From assembly GCA_903921785.1 (NCBI GenBank), contig CAIXRH010000014.1, positions 1,697 through 65,696 of the forward strand: a DNA stretch of 64,000 nt, read 5' to 3'. The notes beneath the pieces were generated by a model. It was given only the letters and a program-made list of their open reading frames with translations. It was not told the origin of the DNA and did not search any database. Below are positions 46,688-56,168 of the stretch, piece by piece. The translations under genes and the position numbers were made by a program. Positions within the stretch are counted from its first letter, which is position 1, and each line of letters begins with the position of its first letter. The stretch is from an uncultured Pseudomonadota bacterium. GTDB lineage: Bacteria > Myxococcota_A > UBA796 > SXON01.

Positions 46688-47611
46688 TCAGCCGATGCCC
46701 AGCTCCGCCATCGCACGCGCGAGCTCAACCCGCACCAGCTTCTTCCGCCACGCGGGGGAGGCAAGGTGCGTCGTGAGCGGCTGCACCTCGGCCATGGCCG
46801 CTTCCACCAGCTCCGGCGGCGAGGTGGCCTCCAGCCGGAGCGGCGCTGGCCCCACCGCGGAGACGACACATCGCCATGTATCATGGATGTGTTGCACCGC
46901 GGTGAGCAGCTGCGGGTAGTCGATCGCGCCGCGGGCACGCAGCTTCCGGTAGGCGATGGGCGCGCCGGGCGGGGGCACCTCAAGGCGCACCAGCACCGAA
47001 CCGCCAGGAACCTGCAACCACGTACGGCCATCCACCCCGTACAGCTCACGGATCGGGACGTGTCGTTCCCCGTGCGCCGTGGCGAACACCACCGATACAT
47101 CGAGCAACATCATCACCGGAACAGTGTCCGCACTATGGGCTGCATAGCAGCCCTTCCCCTTCGGGGCGACGTGACACACCGGACCTTCGCACTTGAGACA
47201 GCCACCCAACGCCACGCGCCAACCCGCCGGCTGGTTGTAGTATCGGCAGCGCGTGTCGAGCATGACGTTTCCGCCGATCGTGCCCATCGCCTGGATGGTC
47301 GGGGTCGCGACGGTCCGGGCGGCCTTCGCCAACGCCGGGTAGTCGCGCTGGACCACAGGCATCGCCGCCACCTCACGGAGCGTCACCGCCGCGCCGAGGG
47401 ACAGCCCGCCCTCCGGCAGGGGCTCCACCTGGCGGAGCTCCGGCACCCGCATGGTCGAGACGAGGCGAGTGGGCGCGAACAGCCGATGTTTCATCGACGG
47501 CAGGAGGTCCGTACCTCCGGACACGAGGCGCGCGCCGGGCTCACCAGCGAGCCTGACCAGCTCCGCGAGGTCCGTGGGGTCGGCGAAATCGAATCGAGGG
47601 AGCGGAAGCAT
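46688..47611 (-). CDS. hcrB: XDH-family FAD subunit with [4Fe-4S] insertion, 4-hydroxybenzoyl-CoA reductase beta-like
   Basis: GGTDL, GTIGGN, DTRCRYYNQ..CLK..VCHV..GCYAAHSADTVP, YRKLRARGAIDYP. Confidence 0.75.
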   Translation of the reverse strand: MLPLPRFDFADPTDLAELVRLAGEPGARLVSGGTDLLPSMKHRLFAPTRLVSTMRVPELRQVEPLPEGGLSLGAAVTLREVAAMPVVQRDYPALAKAARTVATPTIQAMGTIGGNVMLDTRCRYYNQPAGWRVALGGCLKCEGPVCHVAPKGKGCYAAHSADTVPVMMLLDVSVVFATAHGERHVPIRELYGVDGRTWLQVPGGSVLVRLEVPPPGAPIAYRKLRARGAIDYPQLLTAVQHIHDTWRCVVSAVGPAPLRLEATSPPELVEAAMAEVQPLTTHLASPAWRKKLVRVELARAMAELGIG

Positions 47612-49935
47612 CAGCGCCCTCCCGAACGACGGCGCCGGTCCAGCGCCCGAAGCACCTTCTCCGGCGTGAACGGCGGATCGTTGAGCCAGAGTCCCGTGGC
47701 GTCGTGAATCGCGTTTGCGATGGCCGGCACGGTGCTCAGCTGCGGCCCCTCCCCCGCCTCCTTGGCGCCGAGGGGCCCTTCCGGATCGTGGGACTCCACC
47801 GGAAAGACCACGATCTCCGGGCACTCGTGGATCGTCGGCACCTTGTACTCCAGGAGGCTCGGGGCCCGGATCAGCCCCTTGTCGTAGGCCTGTTCTTCGC
47901 TCACCGCTTCGCCGACCCCCATGTAGACACACCCCTCGATCTGCCCCTCTACGATGGCGAGGTTGAGCACGCGGCCGCAGTCGTGCGCCACCCAGACCTT
48001 CTCCACCCGGACCTCCCCGGTCTCCTCGTCCACGGCCACCTCGGCCACCTGCGCGGTGAACGAATAGGCCGGCGAGGGCCCCACCGACTGGCGTCGGAAT
48101 CGGCTGCCGATCTTGGGCGGAGTGTAGCCTCCAGCGTGAATCAGGGGCCCGAAGCGCTCCTCTGCCAGCCACACCGCGTCCACCCAAGAGACATCGGATG
48201 TTTCCGTACCCACCCGCGGTCCGTCGCCGCGCTCGGGGTGGCCCGCGAGGCCGAAGCGCACCTCCTCCGGGGCGCAGCCGAGCTTGGCGGCCACGGCCTC
48301 CACGATCTTGGCCCGCAACGGGCGCACGCCCGCGAGCGCGGCGTTGCCCGCCATGAAGGTGACCCGGCTGGAGTAGCTGCCGAGGTCCACCGGGGTGAGC
48401 GACGTGTCGCCCTCGATCACCCGGATGTCCTCCGGGTGCAGCCCCAGCTCCGCCGCCACGAGCCCGGCGAGCATGTGGTTGCTGCCCTGGCCGATGTCGG
48501 CAGTCCCGGCGCTCACGACCACCTCCCCGCTGCGGTCGATCTTCACTTGCACCGCGCTGTGGGGCATCTCGTTCTGATACACCGGGTGCAACGCCCCGCA
48601 CATGTAGGCGCTCGCGGCGAGGCCCAGTCCCCGGCCAGGCCCCAGCGTTCCCCGCCGGGTTTCGTAGCCGCTCGCCTTCACCACGGCGTCGATACACTCG
48701 CGGATGCCCACCGAGGTGACCCGGAGGCCGTTGCACGTCTCCGTGTTCGGCTCGATGCAGTTGCGTCGACGGAGCTCGGCGGGGTCTAGCCCCAGCCGTG
48801 CCGCCGCCTTGTCGAGGTGGGCCTCCAGCGCGAAGCGGGGCTGGATGGCCCCGTGGCCGCGTTTGGGTCCGCACGGGGGCTTGTTGGTGTAGAGCCGGTG
48901 CGACTCGAACCGGTAGTTCTCCACCCGGTACGGCAGCGTCATGAAGACGCCGAGGTAGTAGCTGGTGACCACGCCGTAGCTGGCGTACGCGCCACCGTCC
49001 GCCCAGGCCTTGAAGTCGATCGCGGTGATGTCTCCGGCCGCCGAGAAGCCCATCTTGAGCCACAGCCGCGTGGGGTGGCGACCGCGGTGCGCGTAGAAGA
49101 CCTCTTCGCGCTCCAGGACGATTCGGACCGGTCGTCCTAGCTTCCGCGCCAGGTACGCCGAACAGATGTCGGTGCAGAAGGGATCGCACTTTCCGCCGTA
49201 GCCGGCGCCGACGGCGGGCTTGATGAGCCGGACGTCCTGCTCGCGGAGCCCGAGCACCCGCGCCACATCCCGATGCACGTAGTGGGGGTTCTGCGTGCTA
49301 CTCCAAAGGGTGAGCTTGCCGTCGGGCTCCACCTGGGCCAGGGCCGCGTGGCTCTCCAGCGCGGCGTGCGTCGATCCCGGGTATACGTATTCTTCCTCAA
49401 TCACCACCTCGGCGGCGGCGAAGCCGGCGTCGACGTTGCCGTACGCCTGGTGCACCCGCCGGAGCACGTTGCTCGGCTTGCGCGCGTAGTCATGGATGAC
49501 GGGCTTGCTGGCGTCGAGCGCGTCCTCGATCGTGAGCACCGGCGGAAGCACCTCGTAGTCCACGCGCACGGCGGCACAGGCCCGATGTGCGGTCTCTTCG
49601 TCCACCGCCGCGATACACACCACGGGCTCGCCGATGTATCGCACCTTCCCAAGTGCCAACGCCGTCTCATCCTGGGCGACCGGGATCACCCCGTATCGTT
49701 TGGGGAGCTCCTCGCCGATGCAGGCGCCGAAGACGCCGGGGAGGGCCAGCGCGGCGTCAAGGTGGATCGCCACGATGCGCGCGTGGGGGTGCGGCGAGCG
49801 GACGAACTTGGCGTGCGCCATCCGGGGGACCGTGAGGTCCGCTACGAACTGCGCCCGGCCGGCGATCCGCTCGCGACCGTCGATCTTCCGCGCGTAGGCG
49901 CCGATGGGGCTCGGCACGGGCTCGGGCTGACGCAT
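47611..49935 (-). CDS. hcrA: XDH-family molybdenum subunit, 4-hydroxybenzoyl-CoA reductase alpha-like
   Basis: YGVIPVAQDE, AHRGR, GGAYASYG, TNKPPCGPKRGHG, DIGQGSN, GSYSSRVTFMAGN and GAKEAGEG resemble Thauera HcrA as I recall it. Confidence 0.78.
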   Translation of the reverse strand: MRQPEPVPSPIGAYARKIDGRERIAGRAQFVADLTVPRMAHAKFVRSPHPHARIVAIHLDAALALPGVFGACIGEELPKRYGVIPVAQDETALALGKVRYIGEPVVCIAAVDEETAHRACAAVRVDYEVLPPVLTIEDALDASKPVIHDYARKPSNVLRRVHQAYGNVDAGFAAAEVVIEEEYVYPGSTHAALESHAALAQVEPDGKLTLWSSTQNPHYVHRDVARVLGLREQDVRLIKPAVGAGYGGKCDPFCTDICSAYLARKLGRPVRIVLEREEVFYAHRGRHPTRLWLKMGFSAAGDITAIDFKAWADGGAYASYGVVTSYYLGVFMTLPYRVENYRFESHRLYTNKPPCGPKRGHGAIQPRFALEAHLDKAAARLGLDPAELRRRNCIEPNTETCNGLRVTSVGIRECIDAVVKASGYETRRGTLGPGRGLGLAASAYMCGALHPVYQNEMPHSAVQVKIDRSGEVVVSAGTADIGQGSNHMLAGLVAAELGLHPEDIRVIEGDTSLTPVDLGSYSSRVTFMAGNAALAGVRPLRAKIVEAVAAKLGCAPEEVRFGLAGHPERGDGPRVGTETSDVSWVDAVWLAEERFGPLIHAGGYTPPKIGSRFRRQSVGPSPAYSFTAQVAEVAVDEETGEVRVEKVWVAHDCGRVLNLAIVEGQIEGCVYMGVGEAVSEEQAYDKGLIRAPSLLEYKVPTIHECPEIVVFPVESHDPEGPLGAKEAGEGPQLSTVPAIANAIHDATGLWLNDPPFTPEKVLRALDRRRRSGGR

Positions 49936-50417
49936 CAGGACTTCCCGGCGTAGATGGCCTGCGCTTCGCGGGCCGCGGTGAGGATCTTGGTGTAGCCGGT
50001 GCACCGGCAGAGGTTGCTCCCCAGGGCCTCGCGAAGCTCCGCCTCGTTCGCCGTCGGGTTCTCGGCGAACAGGTGTCGGAGCGTCATCACAAAGCCCGGC
50101 GTGCAATAGCCACACTGCGCCGCCACGTGGTGATCGAAGGCCGCCTGGATCGGATCCGGGCCGGCGGGAGTGGCGACGCCCTCGATGGTCTCCACCCGCG
50201 CGCCCTCACAACCGACGGCGAGGGTGATGCACGAGAGCCGCGGGGCGCCGTCCACCAGGACGGTGCAGGCGCCGCAGTCGCCCACGTCGCAGCCATGTTT
50301 GGTGCCGGTGAGCCGAAGCGGCCCGCGGAGCACCTCGAGGAGCGTCTGGGCGGGCTCGACGAGCAAGCGGACGGGCTCGCCGTTGACGGTGAAGGAGAGG
50401 ATGCGGTCGGTGGGCAT
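49935..50417 (-). CDS. hcrC: XDH-family 2x[2Fe-2S] subunit, Hcr gamma-like
   Basis: GTKHGCDVGDCGAC, QCGYCTPG, NLCRCTGY; C-A-B gene order. Confidence 0.78.
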   Translation of the reverse strand: MPTDRILSFTVNGEPVRLLVEPAQTLLEVLRGPLRLTGTKHGCDVGDCGACTVLVDGAPRLSCITLAVGCEGARVETIEGVATPAGPDPIQAAFDHHVAAQCGYCTPGFVMTLRHLFAENPTANEAELREALGSNLCRCTGYTKILTAAREAQAIYAGKS

Positions 50418-50425
50418 GCGCCCGC

Positions 50426-50650
50426 TCAACCTAGCCGGCGCACCAACTTCGGCGAGGGCTCGAAGCAAGAACGCCGCGCGCCACAGGAGCCGGGCTCACA
50501 GACCCGGTCATCCGGGCCCCAGGGCTGGGCGGTGCGGTTGCACGTCCACGGCACGTCGTTGAGCGCGTAGAGGCTGGCCAGCTCGGCCTCCTCGACCACG
50601 TCGCGGCCGTAGAGCGACTTGGCCCGCATCCATCGACAGAGCTCGATCAT
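50426..50650 (-). CDS. Small Cys-rich protein (74 aa)
   Basis: MIELCRWMRAKSLY..WTCNRT..WGPDD..C....C.....CFE; ATGA overlap upstream; 8-nt gap to hcrC. Confidence 0.75.
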   Translation of the reverse strand: MIELCRWMRAKSLYGRDVVEEAELASLYALNDVPWTCNRTAQPWGPDDRVCEPGSCGARRSCFEPSPKLVRRLG

Positions 50651-51639
50651 CGGCGGCCTCGGGGCGCGGGGGTGGCTGGCGCGGGTACCGCGGGCGGGGC
50701 GAAGGACGGGGCGGGGAGCGCGGCCGGGACCCCGCCGAGCCGCGCGACCACGATCTCCACGGCCCGGGCGAGCTGCGGGAACTTGGTGCGGGTGGAGGTC
50801 GATGCGTGCGGAGCCGAGGCGGCGAGCGTGGCGACCACCGGATCCAGCGGGGCCCCGGCGAGGAGCGCAGCTTCCAGCTCGGGGACGCGCGCGGGGACCG
50901 AGTGCATCCCGCCCACCGCGACCCGGGCGAACCCTGGCGCGAGATGGAGGATGACCTCGACCAGCGGCCATTCGGCGCGCCCGCGCGACGCGACCCTGAA
51001 CCACCCCGATACCGCGCCGGGGCGTGGCGGGGGGAGGATCGCGGCGACGAGCAGCTCCTCCTCGGTGACGGTGTGCTCGGCGCCCGCGGCCATGCCGTCG
51101 CCGTAGAGCGCAGCGACTTCGATCAGCCCGCGCGGCTCGATCTCCACCTTCGCGTCGAACGCGAGGAGGGCGAGGGCGAGGGTGCTCGGGTGGGGGGCGA
51201 CGCACGGGCCCGTGCTCAGCGGGGCGTGCCACGGGTGGTCCACCCCGGCAGCCGGACAGCCCGTGCCGCCGGCCTTGTAGCAGCGGAAGTCGGGGCTGCG
51301 GAACCACGCGCAACGGGTGCGCTGGAGGAGGCTGCCCCCGAACGTCGCCACGTTGCGGATCTGGGGGTTCGCGAGGCCGCCCGCGGCGTCGGCGAGCGCG
51401 GGCCACCCGGCCCGAACCCGCTCGTCCGCGGCGAGCTCCGCGAGTCGGACGGCAGACCCCACCCGGAGCCCGCCGCCCGGCGCGGGGCCGACGCCGTCGA
51501 GGCCGGGGACGTCACGGAGGTCCACGATCGGCGCGGCGATGCGCCCGTGGTGGAGACGGTCCATCACGTCGGTCCCGCCGGCGCGGCGTTCGCCCCAGAT
51601 CGCCTGGGCGCGGAGGGTGGGGTGGCGAACGTCACTCAT
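50647..51639 (-). CDS. XDH-family FAD subunit (PaoB/YagS-like, [4Fe-4S] insertion)
   Basis: AGGTD, PQIRNVATFGG.LLQRTRC.WFR..CYK.GG.GC..CVAPHPS. Confidence 0.88.
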   Translation of the reverse strand: MSDVRHPTLRAQAIWGERRAGGTDVMDRLHHGRIAAPIVDLRDVPGLDGVGPAPGGGLRVGSAVRLAELAADERVRAGWPALADAAGGLANPQIRNVATFGGSLLQRTRCAWFRSPDFRCYKAGGTGCPAAGVDHPWHAPLSTGPCVAPHPSTLALALLAFDAKVEIEPRGLIEVAALYGDGMAAGAEHTVTEEELLVAAILPPPRPGAVSGWFRVASRGRAEWPLVEVILHLAPGFARVAVGGMHSVPARVPELEAALLAGAPLDPVVATLAASAPHASTSTRTKFPQLARAVEIVVARLGGVPAALPAPSFAPPAVPAPATPAPRGRR

Positions 51640-54413
51640 GCCGACACCCCCGCGAGCACCCGATCGGGCCGGAGTGGGAGCGCCCGTGGCGCCCATCCCG
51701 TCGCCGCGCGCACCGCGTTGGCGATGCTCGCCGCGACCGGCACCGCGACGAGCTCGGAGAGCCCGATACCGCCGCCGAGCACGTCTTCGTACCCCGCTTC
51801 GTCGAACTCCACGGCCATCTCCGGCGCGTCCGCGATGCCGGGCACGCGGTAGTCTTCAAGGTTTGCGGAGACCAACCCGCCGGTGACCGGGTCGACGAGG
51901 CGCGCTTCATAGAGCGCCGCCCCGACCCCCTGGATCACCCCGCCTTCCACCTGGGAGCGCGCGAGCCGAGGAACGGCGATGTGGCCCACGCCCACCCCCG
52001 TCCACGTGCGGAGGACCCGCACGCGGCCGAGCCAGGTGTCGACCTCCACCTCGGCGACCTGCACGGCCACCCCGAGGTGGTTGCCGATCGAGAGGTTCGC
52101 GATGGCGAAGGGGAGGAAGTAGGGCGCGTGGTCGTGGCGACGATGGCCGATCCGGCTCATGCGCGGCGCCACCTTGAGGACGTCGGCCCACGGGGCGAGC
52201 CCGCCCGCGTGGGCCACGCCGCCCGGCGCCGCCTTCGCCTGCTGCAACCCGAGCGCCCGCCCGGCCCGCGACGCGAGGTCCGCGGCGAGCTGCGTGAGCG
52301 CGTCCTCCACGGCCGGGACGATCGAGGCGGTGGTGCGGCTCCCTGCGGACATGGGGCCGGTGGGAAAGCTCGACTCCCCGAGCTCCACCCGGAACAACGA
52401 GCGGTCCGCGCCGAGGACCCGGGCGGCGGTCTCGGCGATCACCGTGCGGGTGCCGTTGCCCATGTCCTGCGCGGCGGTGCGCAGCACGATGAGCCCGTCG
52501 GCCACCTCCGCCTGCACCTCGGTGTTGCCCTGGAGGAAGTACATCCAGGCGCCGTTGGCGAGCCCCACGCCGCGGCGGAACCGGCCGGTCTGGCCGGACT
52601 GGGGCCGATCCTTCCAGAGCGGGAGGGCCTCCACGCGGTCATAGAGCCGGTTGCGCACCGGGTTGGGGTCCCAGCCGCGCCGCAGGGCGAGTGTATCCTT
52701 GCCGAGCTTCGTGGCGAGCTCGTCCATGGCGCCTTCGAGGGCGAAGAGCGCGGGGAACCCGCCGGGGCCCCGCATGGGGCGGGTGGGCGGGGTGTTCGAG
52801 GCGATGTCCCACTCCTGGAGCCGCTTCTCGGCGAACGGGTAGAGCAGCCGGAAGAGGATGCCCATGCTGTTGCCGATGCAGGCGCCGCCGTGGCCGTACG
52901 CCTCGAGATCGAGCCCCGCCGGCGACCCGTCGGCCTTCGCGCCGACGCGGAGGTTCGCCTCCTGCCCCGCGCGGATCGCCACCGTGAGCTCGCCCGGCCG
53001 GTCGAGCACCAGTCGCACCGCCCGCCCGGTGACCTTCGCGATCTCCACGCAGGCCTTGATCTGGATGTCGAAGCTCGCCTTGGCGCCGAAGCCGCCGCCG
53101 ACGTGCTCGGTGTGCACGCGCACCCGGTCCCGGGTGAGGCCGAAGACCTCGGCGAGGTCGTCCGCCATCGCGGTGACGGCCTGGGTGCTCAACCAAACGT
53201 CCAGGCCGTTGTCTTGCCACATCGCGAGCGCGGCATGAGGCTCCAGCGCGGTGTGGCAGAGCGGCTCGGTGGTCCACGTGTCCTCGACGAGCACGACCGA
53301 CGCGTCCGCGAGCGCCCTGGGGACGGCGCCGGGGCGGCCGCCGATGGAGAGGTCGGTCGGACCTCGGGCGTTGCCGGACCACTTCGCGGGCGTCGTGGGC
53401 AGCTCCGCGCCGAGCGGCATCGTGGCGTGCGGCTCGAACACCACGGGGGCGCCGGGCGCCCGCGCCGCGGCGAGCGTGATGGCGGCGGGCAGGACCTCCC
53501 ACTCCGCGACGATCGCGGCCAGGCCCGCCCGGGCCGCCTCCCGCGACTCCGCCGCGAGGACCGCGATCTCGTGGCCGACGAACCGCGCCCGCGCGCCGAC
53601 CTCGGCCAGCGCGACGGCGCCGCGGACGCCGGGCACCTTCAGGGCCGGCGCCAGGTCGAGCCGACGCAAGATGGCGCTGGCGTGGGGGCTTCGGAACAGC
53701 ACGCCTTCGAGCTGGCCTTCCAGACGAACATCCACCGTGTAGCGGGCGCGGCCGGTGACCTTCTCCACCGCCTCGACCCGCGGGGGCGCCACCGCGGAGT
53801 CCTCGTCGTACTGGCCGGCGCAGGCTGCTTGCACCGCGGCGTAGATCGCGCCATACGCCCCGCACCGGCACAGGTGCCCGGCGAGCGCCCCCGCGACCTC
53901 GTCCCGCGACGGTGCGACCCGGCCCTTCTCCGCCCGCCACCGGGCGAAGAACGCCACCGCCTCGGTGACAAAGCCCGGGGTGCAGTAGCCGCACTGGAGC
54001 GCGTCCTCTGCGGCGAACGCCCGCTGCATCGGGTGGAGCTTCGCGCCGTCGGCGAAGGTCTCCACCGTCTCGAGGTGGCGGCCGCCGAGGTGGCTCGCGG
54101 GGTGCAGGCAGCTCGCGACGCTCGCACCATCCACCAGGACCGTGCAGGCCCCGCACGCGCCGTGGCCACAGCCGTGCTTCGTCCCGGTGAGGCCGAGGCG
54201 CTCCCGCACCAACTCCAGCGTGGTCTCGGTCGGTCCGGGCGTGACCCTGACCGCCTTGCCATTGACCCAGAGGTCCAGCGAAGCGGGTGGATCGCCGGCG
54301 GGCGCCGCGGCAGCGGCACCCGCGGCAGCGGAGGCGGCTTCGGGGACGAGGGCCACCGCCGCAGTAGCGCCGAGCACACTACGGAGGAAGCCACGACGAG
54401 TCGCGTGGGGCAT
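51636..54413 (-). CDS. Tat-exported fused [2Fe-2S]/molybdenum aldehyde oxidoreductase (PaoA-PaoC fusion-like)
   Basis: TRRGFL Tat motif; CGHGACGAC, QCGYC, CRC; EKVTGRARY, GGGFGAK, MRGPG, QDMGNG, GLSEL. Confidence 0.88.
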   Translation of the reverse strand: MPHATRRGFLRSVLGATAAVALVPEAASAAAGAAAAAPAGDPPASLDLWVNGKAVRVTPGPTETTLELVRERLGLTGTKHGCGHGACGACTVLVDGASVASCLHPASHLGGRHLETVETFADGAKLHPMQRAFAAEDALQCGYCTPGFVTEAVAFFARWRAEKGRVAPSRDEVAGALAGHLCRCGAYGAIYAAVQAACAGQYDEDSAVAPPRVEAVEKVTGRARYTVDVRLEGQLEGVLFRSPHASAILRRLDLAPALKVPGVRGAVALAEVGARARFVGHEIAVLAAESREAARAGLAAIVAEWEVLPAAITLAAARAPGAPVVFEPHATMPLGAELPTTPAKWSGNARGPTDLSIGGRPGAVPRALADASVVLVEDTWTTEPLCHTALEPHAALAMWQDNGLDVWLSTQAVTAMADDLAEVFGLTRDRVRVHTEHVGGGFGAKASFDIQIKACVEIAKVTGRAVRLVLDRPGELTVAIRAGQEANLRVGAKADGSPAGLDLEAYGHGGACIGNSMGILFRLLYPFAEKRLQEWDIASNTPPTRPMRGPGGFPALFALEGAMDELATKLGKDTLALRRGWDPNPVRNRLYDRVEALPLWKDRPQSGQTGRFRRGVGLANGAWMYFLQGNTEVQAEVADGLIVLRTAAQDMGNGTRTVIAETAARVLGADRSLFRVELGESSFPTGPMSAGSRTTASIVPAVEDALTQLAADLASRAGRALGLQQAKAAPGGVAHAGGLAPWADVLKVAPRMSRIGHRRHDHAPYFLPFAIANLSIGNHLGVAVQVAEVEVDTWLGRVRVLRTWTGVGVGHIAVPRLARSQVEGGVIQGVGAALYEARLVDPVTGGLVSANLEDYRVPGIADAPEMAVEFDEAGYEDVLGGGIGLSELVAVPVAASIANAVRAATGWAPRALPLRPDRVLAGVSA

Positions 54414-54431
54414 CGGGTTCCCGGTATCCGG

Positions 54432-54722
54432 TTACGCGCGCAGCCGCCCTCGCGCCTCCCCCGCACCGATCCGCACCCCGTCGAGCCACACCTCGTCCGC
54501 CGCGCCGTCCGCCAGCTCCACCGGGACGCCGCTTCGGACACACCACAAAAGCAGGCGACCCAGCTCGCCGTCGGCGCCCGTGCGCACCAGGCGCAAGCGG
54601 GCACCGGGCGCGGAGACCACCGGCGTCTCCACCCGGACGCGACGCGCCGCCACCGCGATCATCCGGGGGTCGTCCCGGGGACCGAGGCCGGCGGCGCGTT
54701 CGAGGCGGGCGCGGAGGCTCAC
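54432..54722 (-). CDS. Small hypothetical protein (96 aa)
   Basis: GTGA overlap with boxB stop; fills the gap up to 18 nt before the next ATG. Confidence 0.5.
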   Translation of the reverse strand: MSLRARLERAAGLGPRDDPRMIAVAARRVRVETPVVSAPGARLRLVRTGADGELGRLLLWCVRSGVPVELADGAADEVWLDGVRIGAGEARGRLRA

Positions 54723-56143
54723 GCCTGCGGCGGCTTCACGTACTCGAAGTCCATGGAATTGCCGTGGATGCCCTTCTTGGGCGCCGCGATCCAGTTCGCC
54801 ATCTTCCCGGGCTCCTGCACGCGGTGCATGAGGCTCGTGACGTAGGCGCGGTCTTCGGCCGAGGGCAGCCAGTTGCCGATGTTGCGGTCGTATTCGTCCT
54901 GGGCGAGCAGCTGACCGTCCGGGCCGAACGGGAGGTTGGCGTAGATGCCCTGCCGACGGAAGAAGCGGCTGTCCGGGAGCGTGATGCGCTCCGAGGAACC
55001 TTCCTCCTCCAACGCCTGGTTCCAGCGCTTGACGACCCGCTCGGCGTCCTTGATGTAGGACTGGCGGAGCATCTCGTTCATGGCGTTGCGCAGCGGCACC
55101 TCCTTGGAGGTGAGCTTGCCGTTCTCCACGGTGGCGAGGCGGTGCCACTGGTTGAGCGCCGTGTGCTCGTCGTAGTCCTTGGCCTCGGCCCAGCGGCCCT
55201 TGAGGCCCGCAGCGAAGAAGTCCGCCGCGTTGGTGCTGATCTCGGAGCCGAACAGGTCGATGCTGTAGCAGAACCAGTAGTTGATCCACTTCTGGGTCAT
55301 CGCCACCGGCACGCCACCCTGGGCCCGCGCGTCGCCGTTGCGGTCCAGCTTCGCGAGCTGGGCGCCGCGGCGGAGGATGCGCTCGACGCCGGTCTCGCCG
55401 ACGAAGAGGTGATGGGCCTCCTCGGTGAGCATGAAGCGGCAGGTGCGGGAGAGCGGGTCGAAGCCGGACTCGGCGAGGGCGCCGAGCTGGTACTTCCCAT
55501 CGCGGTCGGTGAAGCAGGTGAAGCAGAAGAAGGTGAGCCAGTCCGGACAGGGCTGGTTGAACGCGTCGAGGATGCGGGGCTTGTCGGCGTCGCCGGCGCG
55601 GCGGGCGAGCAGGTCATCCGCCTCGTCGCGGCCGTCCTTGCCGAAGTAGGCGTGGAGCAGGTACACCATCGCCCAGAGGTGACGGCCCTCCTCGACGTTG
55701 ACCTGGAACAGGTTGCGCATGTCGTAGAGCGAGGGGGCGGTCATGCCCAGCCAGCGCTGCTGCTCGACGCTCGCGGGCTCGGTGTCGGCCTGGGTGACGA
55801 TGATGCGGCGGAGCACGTTGCGGTACTCGCCCGGCACTTCCTGCCAGACGGGCTCGCCGGCGTGGTCGCCGCAGGGGATGCGCCGATCGGCGACCTTGTC
55901 ATCGAGGAAGATGCCCCAGCGGTACTCGGGCATCTTGACGTAGCCGAACTGCGCCCAGCCGCCCGGCTCGGTGCTCACCGCGGTGCGGAGGTACACGTCG
56001 TGGAGCTGGAAGCTCTCCGGGCCCATCTGGTTCCACCAGTCCAGGTAGGCGGGCTGCCACTTCTCGAGGGCGCGCTGCAGGCGCTTGTCCGAGTCGAGGT
56101 TGACGTTGTTCGGGATGAGGCTCTGGTAGTCGATGTCGGCCAT
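54719..56143 (-). CDS. boxB: Benzoyl-CoA 2,3-epoxidase subunit B
   Basis: IPNNVNL, VKMPEYRWGIF, QADTEPASVEQQ, NVEEGRH, DRDGKYQL, TEEAHH di-iron motifs. Confidence 0.96.
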   Translation of the reverse strand: MADIDYQSLIPNNVNLDSDKRLQRALEKWQPAYLDWWNQMGPESFQLHDVYLRTAVSTEPGGWAQFGYVKMPEYRWGIFLDDKVADRRIPCGDHAGEPVWQEVPGEYRNVLRRIIVTQADTEPASVEQQRWLGMTAPSLYDMRNLFQVNVEEGRHLWAMVYLLHAYFGKDGRDEADDLLARRAGDADKPRILDAFNQPCPDWLTFFCFTCFTDRDGKYQLGALAESGFDPLSRTCRFMLTEEAHHLFVGETGVERILRRGAQLAKLDRNGDARAQGGVPVAMTQKWINYWFCYSIDLFGSEISTNAADFFAAGLKGRWAEAKDYDEHTALNQWHRLATVENGKLTSKEVPLRNAMNEMLRQSYIKDAERVVKRWNQALEEEGSSERITLPDSRFFRRQGIYANLPFGPDGQLLAQDEYDRNIGNWLPSAEDRAYVTSLMHRVQEPGKMANWIAAPKKGIHGNSMDFEYVKPPQA

Positions 56144-56168
56144 GGGGGACTCCGAAAGGGAAGAAGGA

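Noticed and set aside
46688-49189. 833-aa ORF suggesting a long fused FAD subunit
   Set aside because: Only the last 307 aa are real; the rest is an off-frame overlap with hcrA, and the true ATG overlaps the hcrA stop.
51981-54845. 954-aa plus-strand ORF
   Set aside because: Antisense shadow of the molybdoenzyme gene.
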